A stretch of 64,000 nt of DNA from Mycobacterium phage prophi88-1. How positions within the stretch are numbered: position 1 is the first letter of the stretch; the number at the start of each line of letters is the position of its first letter. The stretch lies in sequence record MW584166.1; one strand, given 5' to 3'. The position numbers were made by a program, and so were the translations under genes. Below the pieces are notes generated by a model. The model did no database searches, was not told the DNA's origin, and was given only the letters and a program-made list of their open reading frames with translations. Below, piece by piece: positions 26,461-36,555 of this stretch.

Positions 26461-27054
26461 ATGTGGGCTTACGGTGGCGTTTGTGTGGTCGTTTGTGTGG
26501 TCGGTGAACTTGGTTCCGGTGGGCGAGATTTGACGGCGCCGCAGCGGTGGGAACCCGATGACCAGATGGTGGCCGCGGCTCTGTCGTCGCCGAAGTCGTT
26601 CCGCAAGATGACCGAGTTGTCCGCAGCCGACCGTGCGTGGCTCGTGGCCGGACTTACCGTCGCAGGCGTCACGGCGCAGGACATCGCCGACCGAACGGGC
26701 TGCTCGCTGCGACTCGTTCGCGCGATCCGGGCCGAGGAGATCACCCAGATGGCTGTGCTTCTACACACCGAAACCCGGGCTCTCGGTGACGAACTACGTG
26801 CCGAGCACATCGAGCACGTCGTCACCCAGCACCAGTTAGCGGATGCGCGAGCCGACAACGACCGCCTGAGAATGCAGCTCAGCCAGCTCGTTGATGCCCA
26901 CGTGGCCGGAACGCTCTCGGTTTTCCCGCGGTGCGGTCACCCGAAAGTGAAGTACAACGTGTACGAGCATGGCGGCCGCAAGTTCTGCCGCGAATGTGCG
27001 CGACTACGCAAGCAGGAGCGGCGTAAATCTAAGCGTTTAGCCGCGGTGTCCTAA
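26461..27054 (+). CDS. HTH plus zinc-ribbon DNA-binding protein
   Basis: VTAQDIADRTGCSLRLVRAIR HTH. C-terminal C.H...C..C followed by a basic tail. An alternative start lies near 26566. Confidence 0.45.
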   Translation: MWAYGGVCVVVCVVGELGSGGRDLTAPQRWEPDDQMVAAALSSPKSFRKMTELSAADRAWLVAGLTVAGVTAQDIADRTGCSLRLVRAIRAEEITQMAVLLHTETRALGDELRAEHIEHVVTQHQLADARADNDRLRMQLSQLVDAHVAGTLSVFPRCGHPKVKYNVYEHGGRKFCRECARLRKQERRKSKRLAAVS

Positions 27055-27091
27055 TTCTGTAGGACAGTTTCTGCGGGATCGGTTTCACCCC

Positions 27092-27538
27092 TTGGTTTTA
27101 GCGTCGGCGACCATGAACCTTGGTCTCGGACCCATCGTGCTGATCCTGATCATTTATGTGCTCGCTGTGATGCGGCTCGTGCGGTTGATCAACTATGACA
27201 CCATCCTGGATCCTGTGCGGCTGTGGATCGCCCATCGCGCGAACCTGGCGATGATCGCTGCCGATGAGGCGCGAACGGCCGGCCAGCCGGTCACCGCGCA
27301 ATCGCACACCCGCCGGATGGCGCGCTGGAACCTGCTGGCCGAATTCCTCGGATGCCCCTGGTGCGTGGGGTTTTGGCTGTCGCTGGCTGCCGCGGTGGTG
27401 CCAGTGCATATCATCTGCTGGCCGTGGTGGGCTGTGTTCGGTGTGGCGCTGGCTTGTTCGTATGTCGTCGGGCTGGCCTCGCCTCTGACGGCCGACGAAT
27501 TGGAGATCGTCAGCCGCAACGCCGAGGCCGACCAGTAA
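27092..27538 (+). CDS. integral membrane protein (DUF1360-like)
   Basis: Multiple TM helices. GCPWCVGFW motif. Confidence 0.5.
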   Translation: MVLASATMNLGLGPIVLILIIYVLAVMRLVRLINYDTILDPVRLWIAHRANLAMIAADEARTAGQPVTAQSHTRRMARWNLLAEFLGCPWCVGFWLSLAAAVVPVHIICWPWWAVFGVALACSYVVGLASPLTADELEIVSRNAEADQ

Positions 27539-27565
27539 ACACCCTGCACAGTTACCGTCTGCGAC

Positions 27566-29467
27566 GTGGCCGCCCCCGACTTGCGTGTTGTTCGACGCCG
27601 TAGAGGCGACGCGTTGACGGCCTCTGCGCCGCGCGCCTTGACCGCAGCGAGCACCCCTGTAACCAACTCGGCCCAGATCTTCCAGGCCGGATCGGTCGGC
27701 CGCCGGAACAACTGGCAGGCCGAAGCCTGGGAGATGTACCGGGCAGTCGGCGAGCTGCGCTACTACGTTGGATGGCGCGCCAACTCATGCTCACGAGTCC
27801 GATTCGTGGCCTCCGAAATCGACGCCGACAGCGGTGAGCCAACCGGAAGCATCGCCGAGGACAACCGTGAGGGACAACGGGTCACCGAGATCGTCCGCAA
27901 GATCGCCGGCGGCAGGCTAGGGCAGGCGCAGCTGACTCGACGGGCCGCCGAATCGTTGACGGTCCCGGGTGAGCTGTGGATCGCGATCCTGATGCGGACC
28001 GAGGGCACCGACCAAAACCAGAGGCAGGTGGCCAAGTGGTATGCGGTCACGCGCAGAGAGATTGAACAAGGCCCACGAAGCAACACCGTGACGATCAAGC
28101 TGCCTGACGGCACAAAGCACGTGTTCGATCAGAGCAAGGGCGACGGCATGTTCCGGGTGTGGAACCCCGACGCCGAAGACGCTTCACTGCCTGACTCGCC
28201 TGTGCAGGCGTGCTTGGACTCTCTGCGCGAGATCGTGCGCACCACGAAAAAGATCAAGAACGCGGACAACTCGCGCCTGCTGAACAACGGACTGCTGTTC
28301 GTGCCGTCGGAAGCAACATTGCCCGATCAGCAGTCGCCGGTGGCGGCCGATAAACCCGGCGACTCGGCTCCGCATCTGCAACCGGGCCGCCGAGTCGCAG
28401 CCTCGCTGCAGCAGATGATCGTTCAGGTCGCCGAGACCGCGTCCAAGGACGAGAACAGCATGGCTGCCCTGGTCCCGATTGTGGCGGCTGCGCCTGGCGA
28501 TCACCTGGCGAAGATCAATCACCTTGAGTTCGGCAAGGACGTTACCGACACGGCGCTGAACACTCGGGAGAAGGCGATCGCCCGGCTAGCAACGGGGTTG
28601 GACATGTCCCGGGAGCGGCTGCTTGGTCTGAGTACTGGAAACCATTGGTCCGCATGGGCTATCGATGATCAGGACGTGCAGGTGCACGTCAAGCCCGTCA
28701 TGGAAATCATCTGTCACGCGATCTACGAGTCGGTTCTGCGCGGGATGTTGATTGATGAGGGAATCGACCCTGACAAATACATTCTCTGGTACGACGCATC
28801 GGCCCTGACGTCCGATCCGGATCTGACCGACGAAACGAAGGACGCGTTCGAGAAGGGCGCGGTTACAAGCGAATACCTGGTACGTACCTATGGGATTCCT
28901 GATGACGCAATGTATGACTTCACCAGTTTGGAGGGCTGGCAGCAGTGGGCGCAGGACAGGGTGAGTCAAGATCCCACGCTGCTGCGTGAACTGCTGCCGC
29001 TACTCGATAGTTCTGTGCAGGGCATCGAGTTCCCTGAGCCCGTCGCGGCGCTGCCGCCCGGCCAAGGCGACGGGGAAGATGACGCGTCGGGTGCTGAGCA
29101 GCAGCAGGAACCGGACACCGAGGACGACGGCAGTGGTGTGCAGGCCAGCGCGCGTGCCAATGTGGAACTTGCGGTGGTGGATCTGATGGTGGGCCGCGCT
29201 CTTGAGTTGGCCGGCAAGCGACGCGTCCGCACGAACGATCGTGCGCAGCACGCGCGGCTCAAGGGAATCCCGACGCACGAATATCACCGGTACATGGGCC
29301 CGGTCGACGAGCCGGAAGTGTCGCGGCTGATCAAGGGATGGGACAGCATCATGAGCGAGTCAGCGTTGTCGCGTTTGGGTATTGACCCCGATCGGGTGCG
29401 GGCCGCAGTAGCGCGGGCTGCACGTAAAGAACTGACATCGCAGGTCATCGACGGACAGGTCGGCTGA
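27566..29467 (+). CDS. portal protein (putative)
   Basis: 633 aa, lying between the terminase and MuF-like genes. The start codon is uncertain. Confidence 0.6.
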   Translation: MAAPDLRVVRRRRGDALTASAPRALTAASTPVTNSAQIFQAGSVGRRNNWQAEAWEMYRAVGELRYYVGWRANSCSRVRFVASEIDADSGEPTGSIAEDNREGQRVTEIVRKIAGGRLGQAQLTRRAAESLTVPGELWIAILMRTEGTDQNQRQVAKWYAVTRREIEQGPRSNTVTIKLPDGTKHVFDQSKGDGMFRVWNPDAEDASLPDSPVQACLDSLREIVRTTKKIKNADNSRLLNNGLLFVPSEATLPDQQSPVAADKPGDSAPHLQPGRRVAASLQQMIVQVAETASKDENSMAALVPIVAAAPGDHLAKINHLEFGKDVTDTALNTREKAIARLATGLDMSRERLLGLSTGNHWSAWAIDDQDVQVHVKPVMEIICHAIYESVLRGMLIDEGIDPDKYILWYDASALTSDPDLTDETKDAFEKGAVTSEYLVRTYGIPDDAMYDFTSLEGWQQWAQDRVSQDPTLLRELLPLLDSSVQGIEFPEPVAALPPGQGDGEDDASGAEQQQEPDTEDDGSGVQASARANVELAVVDLMVGRALELAGKRRVRTNDRAQHARLKGIPTHEYHRYMGPVDEPEVSRLIKGWDSIMSESALSRLGIDPDRVRAAVARAARKELTSQVIDGQVG

Positions 29468-29631
29468 TGGCTCACATCGACACGACGCACCCCGGCAAGG
29501 TCGTTGCCTACGAAGGCGAGGCGAACGCGAGCTACTACATCGAGAGCCGTCGGGTAATTGTCGTGGCCGATTCTGGCAGCTTCGCCGACGTATTGGCCGC
29601 AGTGGCGGCTCTCAGGGACGAGGTGTGCTGA
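29467..29631 (+). CDS. small hypothetical protein (54 aa)
   Basis: TGATG-coupled at both ends. Confidence 0.3.
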   Translation: MAHIDTTHPGKVVAYEGEANASYYIESRRVIVVADSGSFADVLAAVAALRDEVC

Positions 29632-30023
29632 TGGACATCGCATCCGCGATTGCGCTGGCAGGGCTGGCGCACATGGTGGGGGATTACGTCATTCAGTCCG
29701 ATTGGATGGCCCAGGAGAAGACCAAGCGTTGGTGGCCCGCTATTGCGCACGCAGTGACCTATGGGTCGCTGTTCGTGCTGATCACCCAGTCGGTGCTCGC
29801 GTTGGTGGTGATCGTCGGTACGCATGCGGTGATCGACCGTTATCGGCTGGCGCGGCATGTGGTGTGGTTCAAGAATCAGTTGGCGCCGCGGGCGTTCCGG
29901 CCGACCCGCACCGCGACAGGGCACGGCGCTGATCGCCCCGATTGGCTTGCGGTGTGGCTGCTCATCATTGCGGACAACGTGATTCACATGCTGATCAACG
30001 TCGCGTCGGTGGTGTGGCTCTGA
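29631..30023 (+). CDS. membrane protein
   Basis: Three or four hydrophobic helices. Confidence 0.45.
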   Translation: MDIASAIALAGLAHMVGDYVIQSDWMAQEKTKRWWPAIAHAVTYGSLFVLITQSVLALVVIVGTHAVIDRYRLARHVVWFKNQLAPRAFRPTRTATGHGADRPDWLAVWLLIIADNVIHMLINVASVVWL

Positions 30024-32380
30024 TGTGGCCGGAGCGTGGGGCGGCGCTGTCTCGGACAATCGAGGCCGAAGCGGCGATCAGCGACCTGTACGCGGAGACG
30101 TTGCGGCGCTGGGCACCGGAGGCGCGCGCCGCTGTGCTGCCCGCACTGACCGCGGCAGCTGCGTTACCTCCGGACCCTGACGCCGTCTCGCAGACCCAAA
30201 GCATGTGGGACCAGCACTCCGAAGCCATCATCATGACCGGCCTCGGCATCTTGTGGGCAGCATCGGTGTACGAAGCCACGATCGGCCTGGGTGGCACGGT
30301 AGCCGACGTGGTCGTGCCCGACCTCGACACCGTGGTGCTGGCCATCGTGCTCGGCTCGCTGCTCATGTCCGGCAAGGAAATCGCTGCCGCCGTTGCCCAT
30401 GTCGAAGCTAACCCGGCGCTCGCCGCTGCGCGCGATGACTTCCTGGCCAGCCGCCGCGACAATATCGCGGCTACACCCGCGATGGTGCGCGCCAAGATGG
30501 AAGCCGCGCTCGCCGAACCGACGCTGACCTTGTCAGTGACCCCCGAGGACCGACCGGAGGTGTTGCGCGCCAGGGCTGCCGAAGTCCTGGAGCCGTCGTC
30601 AAACGAAATGCGTGACCTGGCCCGCCAGCAGGGATACCAGGCCGCCGATGTGCTCAACAACGCGGTTGTCGCCGCTGCGGCGCAGTCGGAAGAGTCCGCA
30701 GGGCTGGAGAAGACGTGGATCTGCACTCTCGATGGCAAGACCCGGCCGTCGCATTGGGCCGCTGACGGGCAGCGAGTGCCGCTTAAGGGGCACTTCACCG
30801 TTGGCGGTGAGCAGCTGTTCGTCCCGGGGGATATGTCGGCTTCTCCCGCGGAGTGGAAGAACTGCCGGTGCCGCGTCGGCATTCTCGCGGCCGGCGAGGA
30901 TCTGCCGGACGAGGTTGATCGGCACACTGAGCGCCTCGACGGCCGGGATTCGGTGGCAGTCAACCGTGATGGGCGCACCCAGGCAGAGGAAATTGAGCGC
31001 CGAGACAAGGCGGGCAATGTGCGTGCCCGTGACACCGAGGACGGTATCGGGCGCGTGGCGTCCGGCGGCTGGGCCGCACCGAGTGAACAGGAGTACGAAA
31101 TGGCTGAAGACACAGAGACCTATTTGACGTTTACCGACGCGCTATTCGCGGTGACCGGTACTCCGACGTCCGATGGTCGGATGCTTGCAGCCGACATCGA
31201 GCTAGCCTTCCGCGACACCCCTATGCCGCTGCAGTGGTGCGAGAAAATGGAAGGCGGCCACTACGGGTCCGTCACAGTCGGCGTCATCGAGGCGATTCGG
31301 TTCAAAGACGGCGAGGTTCGTGCGGACGGCTACATGCTCAACAACGACAACGCCATCAAAGCGATCGACCTAGTGAGTCATGGTGTGTGCAATCCGTCCG
31401 TCGATCTGGGTGATGTCACGATGATCGCCACCTACCAAGACGGCACAGTAGTGACAGAGGAAAACTACGACCCTGACCACGAGATATTCGCCACTACAAC
31501 GGCTGCCGAAGTACTCGCCACCACCATCGTGGCCATCCCTGCATTCGGGCAGACAAGGATTGCCCTGAACGCCGAACGCGAGGCGCGCGACAAGGCACTG
31601 GTTGCGTCGATGGCCGCCAAATTCCAGCCACGCGTATACGCCCCGGCCTTGTTCTCCGACCCCGGGCTCGCTGGACCCACTCCGCTGTCGATCGACCCCG
31701 AAACGGGGCGGATCTTCGGCCACGTCGCCACCTTCAAAGAAAAGCATCGTTCCGTTGGCCTCGGGCATATCTCGCCTCCGCGGTCGCACACCGGCTATGC
31801 GCATTTCCACTCCTCGCCACCGGTGCGCCTTTCCGATGGCACTGAACTATCGGTGGGTCGGCTGACCGTGGGCATCGGACACGCACCGGTGTCTGGAGTG
31901 AGCAACGCCGAAGCTCAGGCGCACTACGACAACGCCGAGGCGTGCTTTGCGCTCGTACGAGCCGGAGAGGACGCCCACGGCATCTGGGTGTCGGGTGTCG
32001 CAGCTCCGTGGGCGACACCGGCCAAGATCGAGATGGGCTTGGCCGCGCCCTTGTCTGGCGACTGGCGCCCATACGGCGGAAACCTCGAACTCGTTGCCGT
32101 GCTGGCAGTCAACACACCAGGATTCCTGTGCCGCAGAACAACCGACTCACAAGGCAACCCGTTGTCGTTGGTGGCTTCCATGTCGCCGCGCCCGGGAGCG
32201 CCCGGCACTACAGCGCTGTCTCGCGATGACATCAAGGCTGCCGTAACCGAAGCTTTGGCCGAATCCGCCCATGCTGCCAAGCGGGCCGCGCTGCTCACGC
32301 GTGCGACATTGGCCGTTGGGGATCCGCCGCCGGAGCCATCGCCGGCTGAGCGGATGAGCCAACTGCTGGAGCGTGCCTGA
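30023..32380 (+). CDS. MuF-like head morphogenesis protein with C-terminal extension (putative capsid maturation protease fusion)
   Basis: TLDGKTRPSHWAADGQ...WKNCRCRV matches the MuF/SPP1 gp7 motif. Large C-terminal domain. Position after the portal. Confidence 0.55.
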   Translation: MWPERGAALSRTIEAEAAISDLYAETLRRWAPEARAAVLPALTAAAALPPDPDAVSQTQSMWDQHSEAIIMTGLGILWAASVYEATIGLGGTVADVVVPDLDTVVLAIVLGSLLMSGKEIAAAVAHVEANPALAAARDDFLASRRDNIAATPAMVRAKMEAALAEPTLTLSVTPEDRPEVLRARAAEVLEPSSNEMRDLARQQGYQAADVLNNAVVAAAAQSEESAGLEKTWICTLDGKTRPSHWAADGQRVPLKGHFTVGGEQLFVPGDMSASPAEWKNCRCRVGILAAGEDLPDEVDRHTERLDGRDSVAVNRDGRTQAEEIERRDKAGNVRARDTEDGIGRVASGGWAAPSEQEYEMAEDTETYLTFTDALFAVTGTPTSDGRMLAADIELAFRDTPMPLQWCEKMEGGHYGSVTVGVIEAIRFKDGEVRADGYMLNNDNAIKAIDLVSHGVCNPSVDLGDVTMIATYQDGTVVTEENYDPDHEIFATTTAAEVLATTIVAIPAFGQTRIALNAEREARDKALVASMAAKFQPRVYAPALFSDPGLAGPTPLSIDPETGRIFGHVATFKEKHRSVGLGHISPPRSHTGYAHFHSSPPVRLSDGTELSVGRLTVGIGHAPVSGVSNAEAQAHYDNAEACFALVRAGEDAHGIWVSGVAAPWATPAKIEMGLAAPLSGDWRPYGGNLELVAVLAVNTPGFLCRRTTDSQGNPLSLVASMSPRPGAPGTTALSRDDIKAAVTEALAESAHAAKRAALLTRATLAVGDPPPEPSPAERMSQLLERA

Positions 32381-32757
32381 TGGGGTGCGGATGCCGCAGG
32401 GGCACACGCGCCGGTTCGGTCGCGTCTTCCGGTGCGACGGTGCAGAGTTTCGAATACACCGCGCCAGATAAGACGGTCACTTCGTTCCTGACGCTCATTG
32501 AGGCCAAGAAGGAACAACGCCGAAATGGTGGCGGCACCATCAAGCTCATCACCAACTGAGTTTCTTAAAGGCTGTTAACCGCAGAGGGATTCCCGCAGGT
32601 CTTTGACCTGCGGGTTTCTCTTTTGGTGGCTGATACGCGAAAAGCGTGTGCACGCATCGTCTCTACGTTCTGCGGCCAAGAGAGTTCCTGTCATGCGCTA
32701 TGTGCCGGGGAGCGATCGAACAGACCGAGAGTTTCACTCTGAGAACAGGAGCACGCA

Positions 32758-34539
32758 GTGAAGTTCGACAAGCTGCCCGATCCGCTGCCCGCCACCGTCG
32801 CCGAGCTCAACGAGCTGGCTGCCACTGTGACAGCGGAGATCCGGGTATTCCAGGCCCGCGCCGCCGCCAACGACGAGTTCAGCGCTGAGGAGACTGAGCG
32901 TTTCGAGTACCTGCTCGACAGCCGCGACAAGGTTGTGACCGAGCGCGATTCGATCGCCGCCGCCGATCAGGCACAGACCGAGAACCTCAACGCCCTACTC
33001 GACCGCGCGAATGCCGCGACCGAGAAGCCCGAGCCCGAGCCAGCGGCCGACACCGCGACAGACAACGAGGCAGCCCCCGCAGACGGTGATGGTGCTGCAG
33101 CGGAAGTGGTAGCAGAGGCCGAAGCCGCCACCGCGGCAGCTGCCGAGGAATCGGAAACCGTCACCGCTGCCGCAGGTTCGGGCCGCCAGGTCGAATTCGC
33201 GGGCGCAGTTCGCAACAGTGATATCCCCGCCGGCGCCCCCACCGGTGAGAAGCCCAGGGGCTGGGACATGCTGCAGTCCGCACCGAAGTACGCCGAGTTC
33301 GGCACCGAGAAGGTCGGTTTCGCCGAGATCGCTCAGTCGATCGCCTCTGTAAGTGCCGGGTCCGTCTCGGGCCGTCAGCGCACCGGCACGAGCCCTGACG
33401 GCAACTACGCGACTCAGGCGATCGCACGCCTGACGCGGCCTGCTCCGGAGATTCCGGCGCCCGCCAATGAGCACGAGGCGCTCGCGGTTCTGGATGCCAT
33501 CGGCCGCGACATCCCAGGCCACGGCCCAGCGAACGCGAAGGGCCTGGTCGCTGCTGGTGGTTGGTGCGCCCCGTCGCAGCAGGTCTACACCTTCTGCGGT
33601 GTGCCCGAGGCCTCGAATCTGCTGTCGCTGCCGGACTTCCCGTTCGACTTCTCTCGCGGCGGTGTCCGCGTCCCGATCAGCCCCGATGTGTCGGCGCTAC
33701 TGGACAACCTGTGGCACTTCACCGAAGCCGAACTCGAAGCCGTCAACGCCCAGGGCGATCCGACCGCGGTCAAGAAGCTCATCGAGTTGCCGTGCCCGGA
33801 CGAGTTCCTCGAGTGGCGCCTGGAGGCGATCGGCTGGGCGGCCAAGGCCGGCATCCTGATGCGCCAAGCCTGGCCCGAGGCGATCGAGAACGCATTGCAG
33901 CAGATCCAGGTTGCCCACCAGCACCGTGTCTCGCAGATCTCCATCGGCAAGATGGTCGCTGGGTCGGGCACTCCGATCGCGGTTCCTGCCGGGGCGGTGC
34001 TGGGAGCAACTAGTGGCGTTCTCAACGGTCTGGCGCTGCAGGCGTCGAACCTTCGGTACAACAAGGGGCTCGCGGACAACGCCACCATCGAAGGCGTTGC
34101 GCCGGTGTGGTTCCGTGAGGTGCTGCGAGCAGACCTTGCGCTGCGTGAGGGCAAGGAATTCCTGGCCGTCACCAACGCGGAGATCGACAACTGGCTGGCG
34201 GTCCGCGACATCTACCTGCAGTACGTGGTGGATTGGCAGACCCGCGGCGCGGGCCAGCCCGGCAACATGGCCACGGTGGTGTACCCGGCCACGGTTGACG
34301 TGATGCTGTATCCGGCCGGCACCTGGTTCCGCACGCTGAACAACGTCATCACCTTGGGTGTGCAGTACCCGCTGCAGCAGTTGCAGCTCAACCAGTACAC
34401 CCACGTGTTCACCGAGGACTCGCTGCAGGTGGGCAAGCGTTGCGACCAGTCGATCATCGTGCGGCTGCCGATCTGCGTGTCCGGTGCTATCGGCGCTCGT
34501 CAGACCGTGGCGTGCAACACGCCGCCTGTGACCCCGTAG
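32758..34539 (+). CDS. capsid-module protein: Ala/Glu-rich coiled-coil N-terminus (scaffold-like) plus a large C-terminal domain. Major capsid or scaffold-capsid fusion candidate.
   Basis: 593 aa. N-terminal EAEAATAAAAEESE low complexity. Good GGAGCA Shine-Dalgarno. Position. Confidence 0.45.
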   Translation: MKFDKLPDPLPATVAELNELAATVTAEIRVFQARAAANDEFSAEETERFEYLLDSRDKVVTERDSIAAADQAQTENLNALLDRANAATEKPEPEPAADTATDNEAAPADGDGAAAEVVAEAEAATAAAAEESETVTAAAGSGRQVEFAGAVRNSDIPAGAPTGEKPRGWDMLQSAPKYAEFGTEKVGFAEIAQSIASVSAGSVSGRQRTGTSPDGNYATQAIARLTRPAPEIPAPANEHEALAVLDAIGRDIPGHGPANAKGLVAAGGWCAPSQQVYTFCGVPEASNLLSLPDFPFDFSRGGVRVPISPDVSALLDNLWHFTEAELEAVNAQGDPTAVKKLIELPCPDEFLEWRLEAIGWAAKAGILMRQAWPEAIENALQQIQVAHQHRVSQISIGKMVAGSGTPIAVPAGAVLGATSGVLNGLALQASNLRYNKGLADNATIEGVAPVWFREVLRADLALREGKEFLAVTNAEIDNWLAVRDIYLQYVVDWQTRGAGQPGNMATVVYPATVDVMLYPAGTWFRTLNNVITLGVQYPLQQLQLNQYTHVFTEDSLQVGKRCDQSIIVRLPICVSGAIGARQTVACNTPPVTP

Positions 34540-34635
34540 CGGAGCCCGGCGAATCGCATTGGACGAGGCGGGCGGACGTGAACAACCGAGGCTTTCACGT
34601 CCGCCCGCCTTCCCGGCAGAGAGGAATCGCGCCAC

Positions 34636-35409
34636 ATGACTTCAGCGCTATCCCCGGTGCAGTTTGACGCACCGTTGGTCAACCCGGCACCCAACGGGCT
34701 CGTCGCTGCTACCCAGTGGGTCGACGAGAGCGGGCCGTTGCGTTGGCTGCCGTCCGGTGTCGAGTTCCGGGTCTTCAACTACGGCGGCGGCACCCAGTTC
34801 GGCGTCTGGAGCGCACCCTGGAACGCCACCGAGTCTGAGCTCAAACCCGCCGATGTCAAAAAGGGTGAGCGTCCTGCCTTCCCAGATGCGTTCATTGCGC
34901 AGACCACGTACGCATCGGACGACTGCAGTCTGCTCAAGCGGAGCCGCGATGAGATCCGGGTCCGGGCACAGCAAGTACACCGCGTGCTGGAGCCTATCCA
35001 GACGGAGAAGACGCTCGCGGCCCGCATGCTGCTCGATGCCGGGACGCCCGCGGCTAAGACGGGAATCGTGGCAGCTATTGGTGCCATCGAGGCGCTGATC
35101 GCGGACACCGGCACCGTCGGGGTCATTCACGCGTCGGCGGAGTTGGCCGCCCCTGCCGCACAGGCGAATCTGATCCGCTACAACAACGGCCGGCTGGTTT
35201 CACCGCTGGGTAACACCTGGGTGTTCGGCGGCGGCTACGTCTCGGCGCTGGGCGCCAAGCTGATCGCCACCAGCCCCACCTACGGCTGGCGCGGACCAGT
35301 GGAGCTGCGCGATGCGCCGAGCCTGCAGCACAACGAATTCAAGGCCATCGCCGAGCGGTCGCTGGTCGTCGGATATGAGGCGCTGATCGGCGCCGTGAAC
35401 ATCACGTAG
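34636..35409 (+). CDS. structural protein (hypothetical)
   Basis: 257-aa ORF with a GAGAGGAA Shine-Dalgarno. Confidence 0.45.
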   Translation: MTSALSPVQFDAPLVNPAPNGLVAATQWVDESGPLRWLPSGVEFRVFNYGGGTQFGVWSAPWNATESELKPADVKKGERPAFPDAFIAQTTYASDDCSLLKRSRDEIRVRAQQVHRVLEPIQTEKTLAARMLLDAGTPAAKTGIVAAIGAIEALIADTGTVGVIHASAELAAPAAQANLIRYNNGRLVSPLGNTWVFGGGYVSALGAKLIATSPTYGWRGPVELRDAPSLQHNEFKAIAERSLVVGYEALIGAVNIT

Positions 35410-35423
35410 AAGGGTTGGACGTT

Positions 35424-35960
35424 ATGCCTGCTGGTGTGGAGGTTGTGGTCAAGGAAGGCTTCGCCACCATCGATTTCGTCGACGGGACGCTGCGCGGCCC
35501 CGGATTGGCCAAGCTGCTGGAAGTCGGCACACCGCCCGAGGCCATCGAGAAACTGACCCGCGAGGGTCCGCGCGCTGTCTACGTAGTGCCGGAAGGCAAT
35601 GCCCGCGAGGCCGGACTGCTCGACGAAGTGGACGCCGACGACTCCAACGATGGACCACCGCCAGCAGGAATGACCGACGAGACCACGGGCGACGACGGCT
35701 CTCGCGCGGCGTTGCCGCTCGCTGAACCGGTTTCGACCGACGCCGAAGGTACGGCCATCGGCGACCCCGCCCAAGAGCCGTTTCCTACAGGTGATTTCGC
35801 GCCGAAGGCTTGGCCACAGGGCGATCCTGAGTTGGACTGGAAGCGGCCGCAGCTCGATGCCTACGCCGCGTCCAAGGGTCTGGACACCCACGAGCTGCCC
35901 AACAAGGAAGCAGTGTTCGCGGCCATCGCTAAGCACGCTTCAGAGGCGATGAACTCGTGA
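35424..35960 (+). CDS. structural-module hypothetical protein (acidic linker, C-terminal HeH/Rho-N-like segment)
   Basis: C-terminal QLDAYAASKGLDTHELPNKEAVFAAIAKH. Confidence 0.4.
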   Translation: MPAGVEVVVKEGFATIDFVDGTLRGPGLAKLLEVGTPPEAIEKLTREGPRAVYVVPEGNAREAGLLDEVDADDSNDGPPPAGMTDETTGDDGSRAALPLAEPVSTDAEGTAIGDPAQEPFPTGDFAPKAWPQGDPELDWKRPQLDAYAASKGLDTHELPNKEAVFAAIAKHASEAMNS

Positions 35961-36220
35961 GCGATCTGTTTACCCGGGAGTTCTGGAAGGACGCGGTGGA
36001 GCGCACCGTGAGTTCTGCGGCACAAGGGTTCCTTGTAGGTGGCGGTCTCGGTGTTGGTGCCGAAGCTACGCAATCTGTTGACGCCCGGTACTTTCCGTGG
36101 CTCGCTGCGGCCAGCGTCGCCGGCGGTATGGCAGCGGCGAGCTTCGCCAAGTGCCTGGCCGCAGTGCATGTCGGTGAGCGTGGGACTGCCTCACTACATC
36201 GGCGAAGGTCATTCGAGTGA
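35957..36220 (+). CDS. small membrane protein
   Basis: Gly/Ala-rich hydrophobic segments. Confidence 0.4.
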   Translation: MSDLFTREFWKDAVERTVSSAAQGFLVGGGLGVGAEATQSVDARYFPWLAAASVAGGMAAASFAKCLAAVHVGERGTASLHRRRSFE

Positions 36221-36468
36221 GCCCAGACCAGATCCAGGCCATTGGTGGCGTCATCGTCGCCATCCTGACCGCCTGGCAGGGGCTGACCACGCGACGCGTC
36301 CGGAATCTCGAAACCCATGTGAAGGCAGTCGAGACCGAACGAGACAAGCTCAGCTCCAAACTGCGCGTTGCTGTCCGTTATATCCGTGAGTGGATGGAGT
36401 GGGCGCGCCAACACGCGCCCGGCAAGCCAACTCCGGCGGTCCCGGCCGAGTTACGCGAAGAGATCTGA
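36217..36468 (+). CDS. small membrane/coiled-coil protein
   Basis: N-terminal TM helix IGGVIVAILTAW. Confidence 0.4.
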   Translation: MSPDQIQAIGGVIVAILTAWQGLTTRRVRNLETHVKAVETERDKLSSKLRVAVRYIREWMEWARQHAPGKPTPAVPAELREEI

Positions 36469-36555
36469 TGCACCCCGTCCTTTTACTGTTCGCCGCAGCC
36501 TCGGAAAACGTAATGGACCGGCGCGAAGCGCCTGATAGCAGGAGGAAGCCAGCAC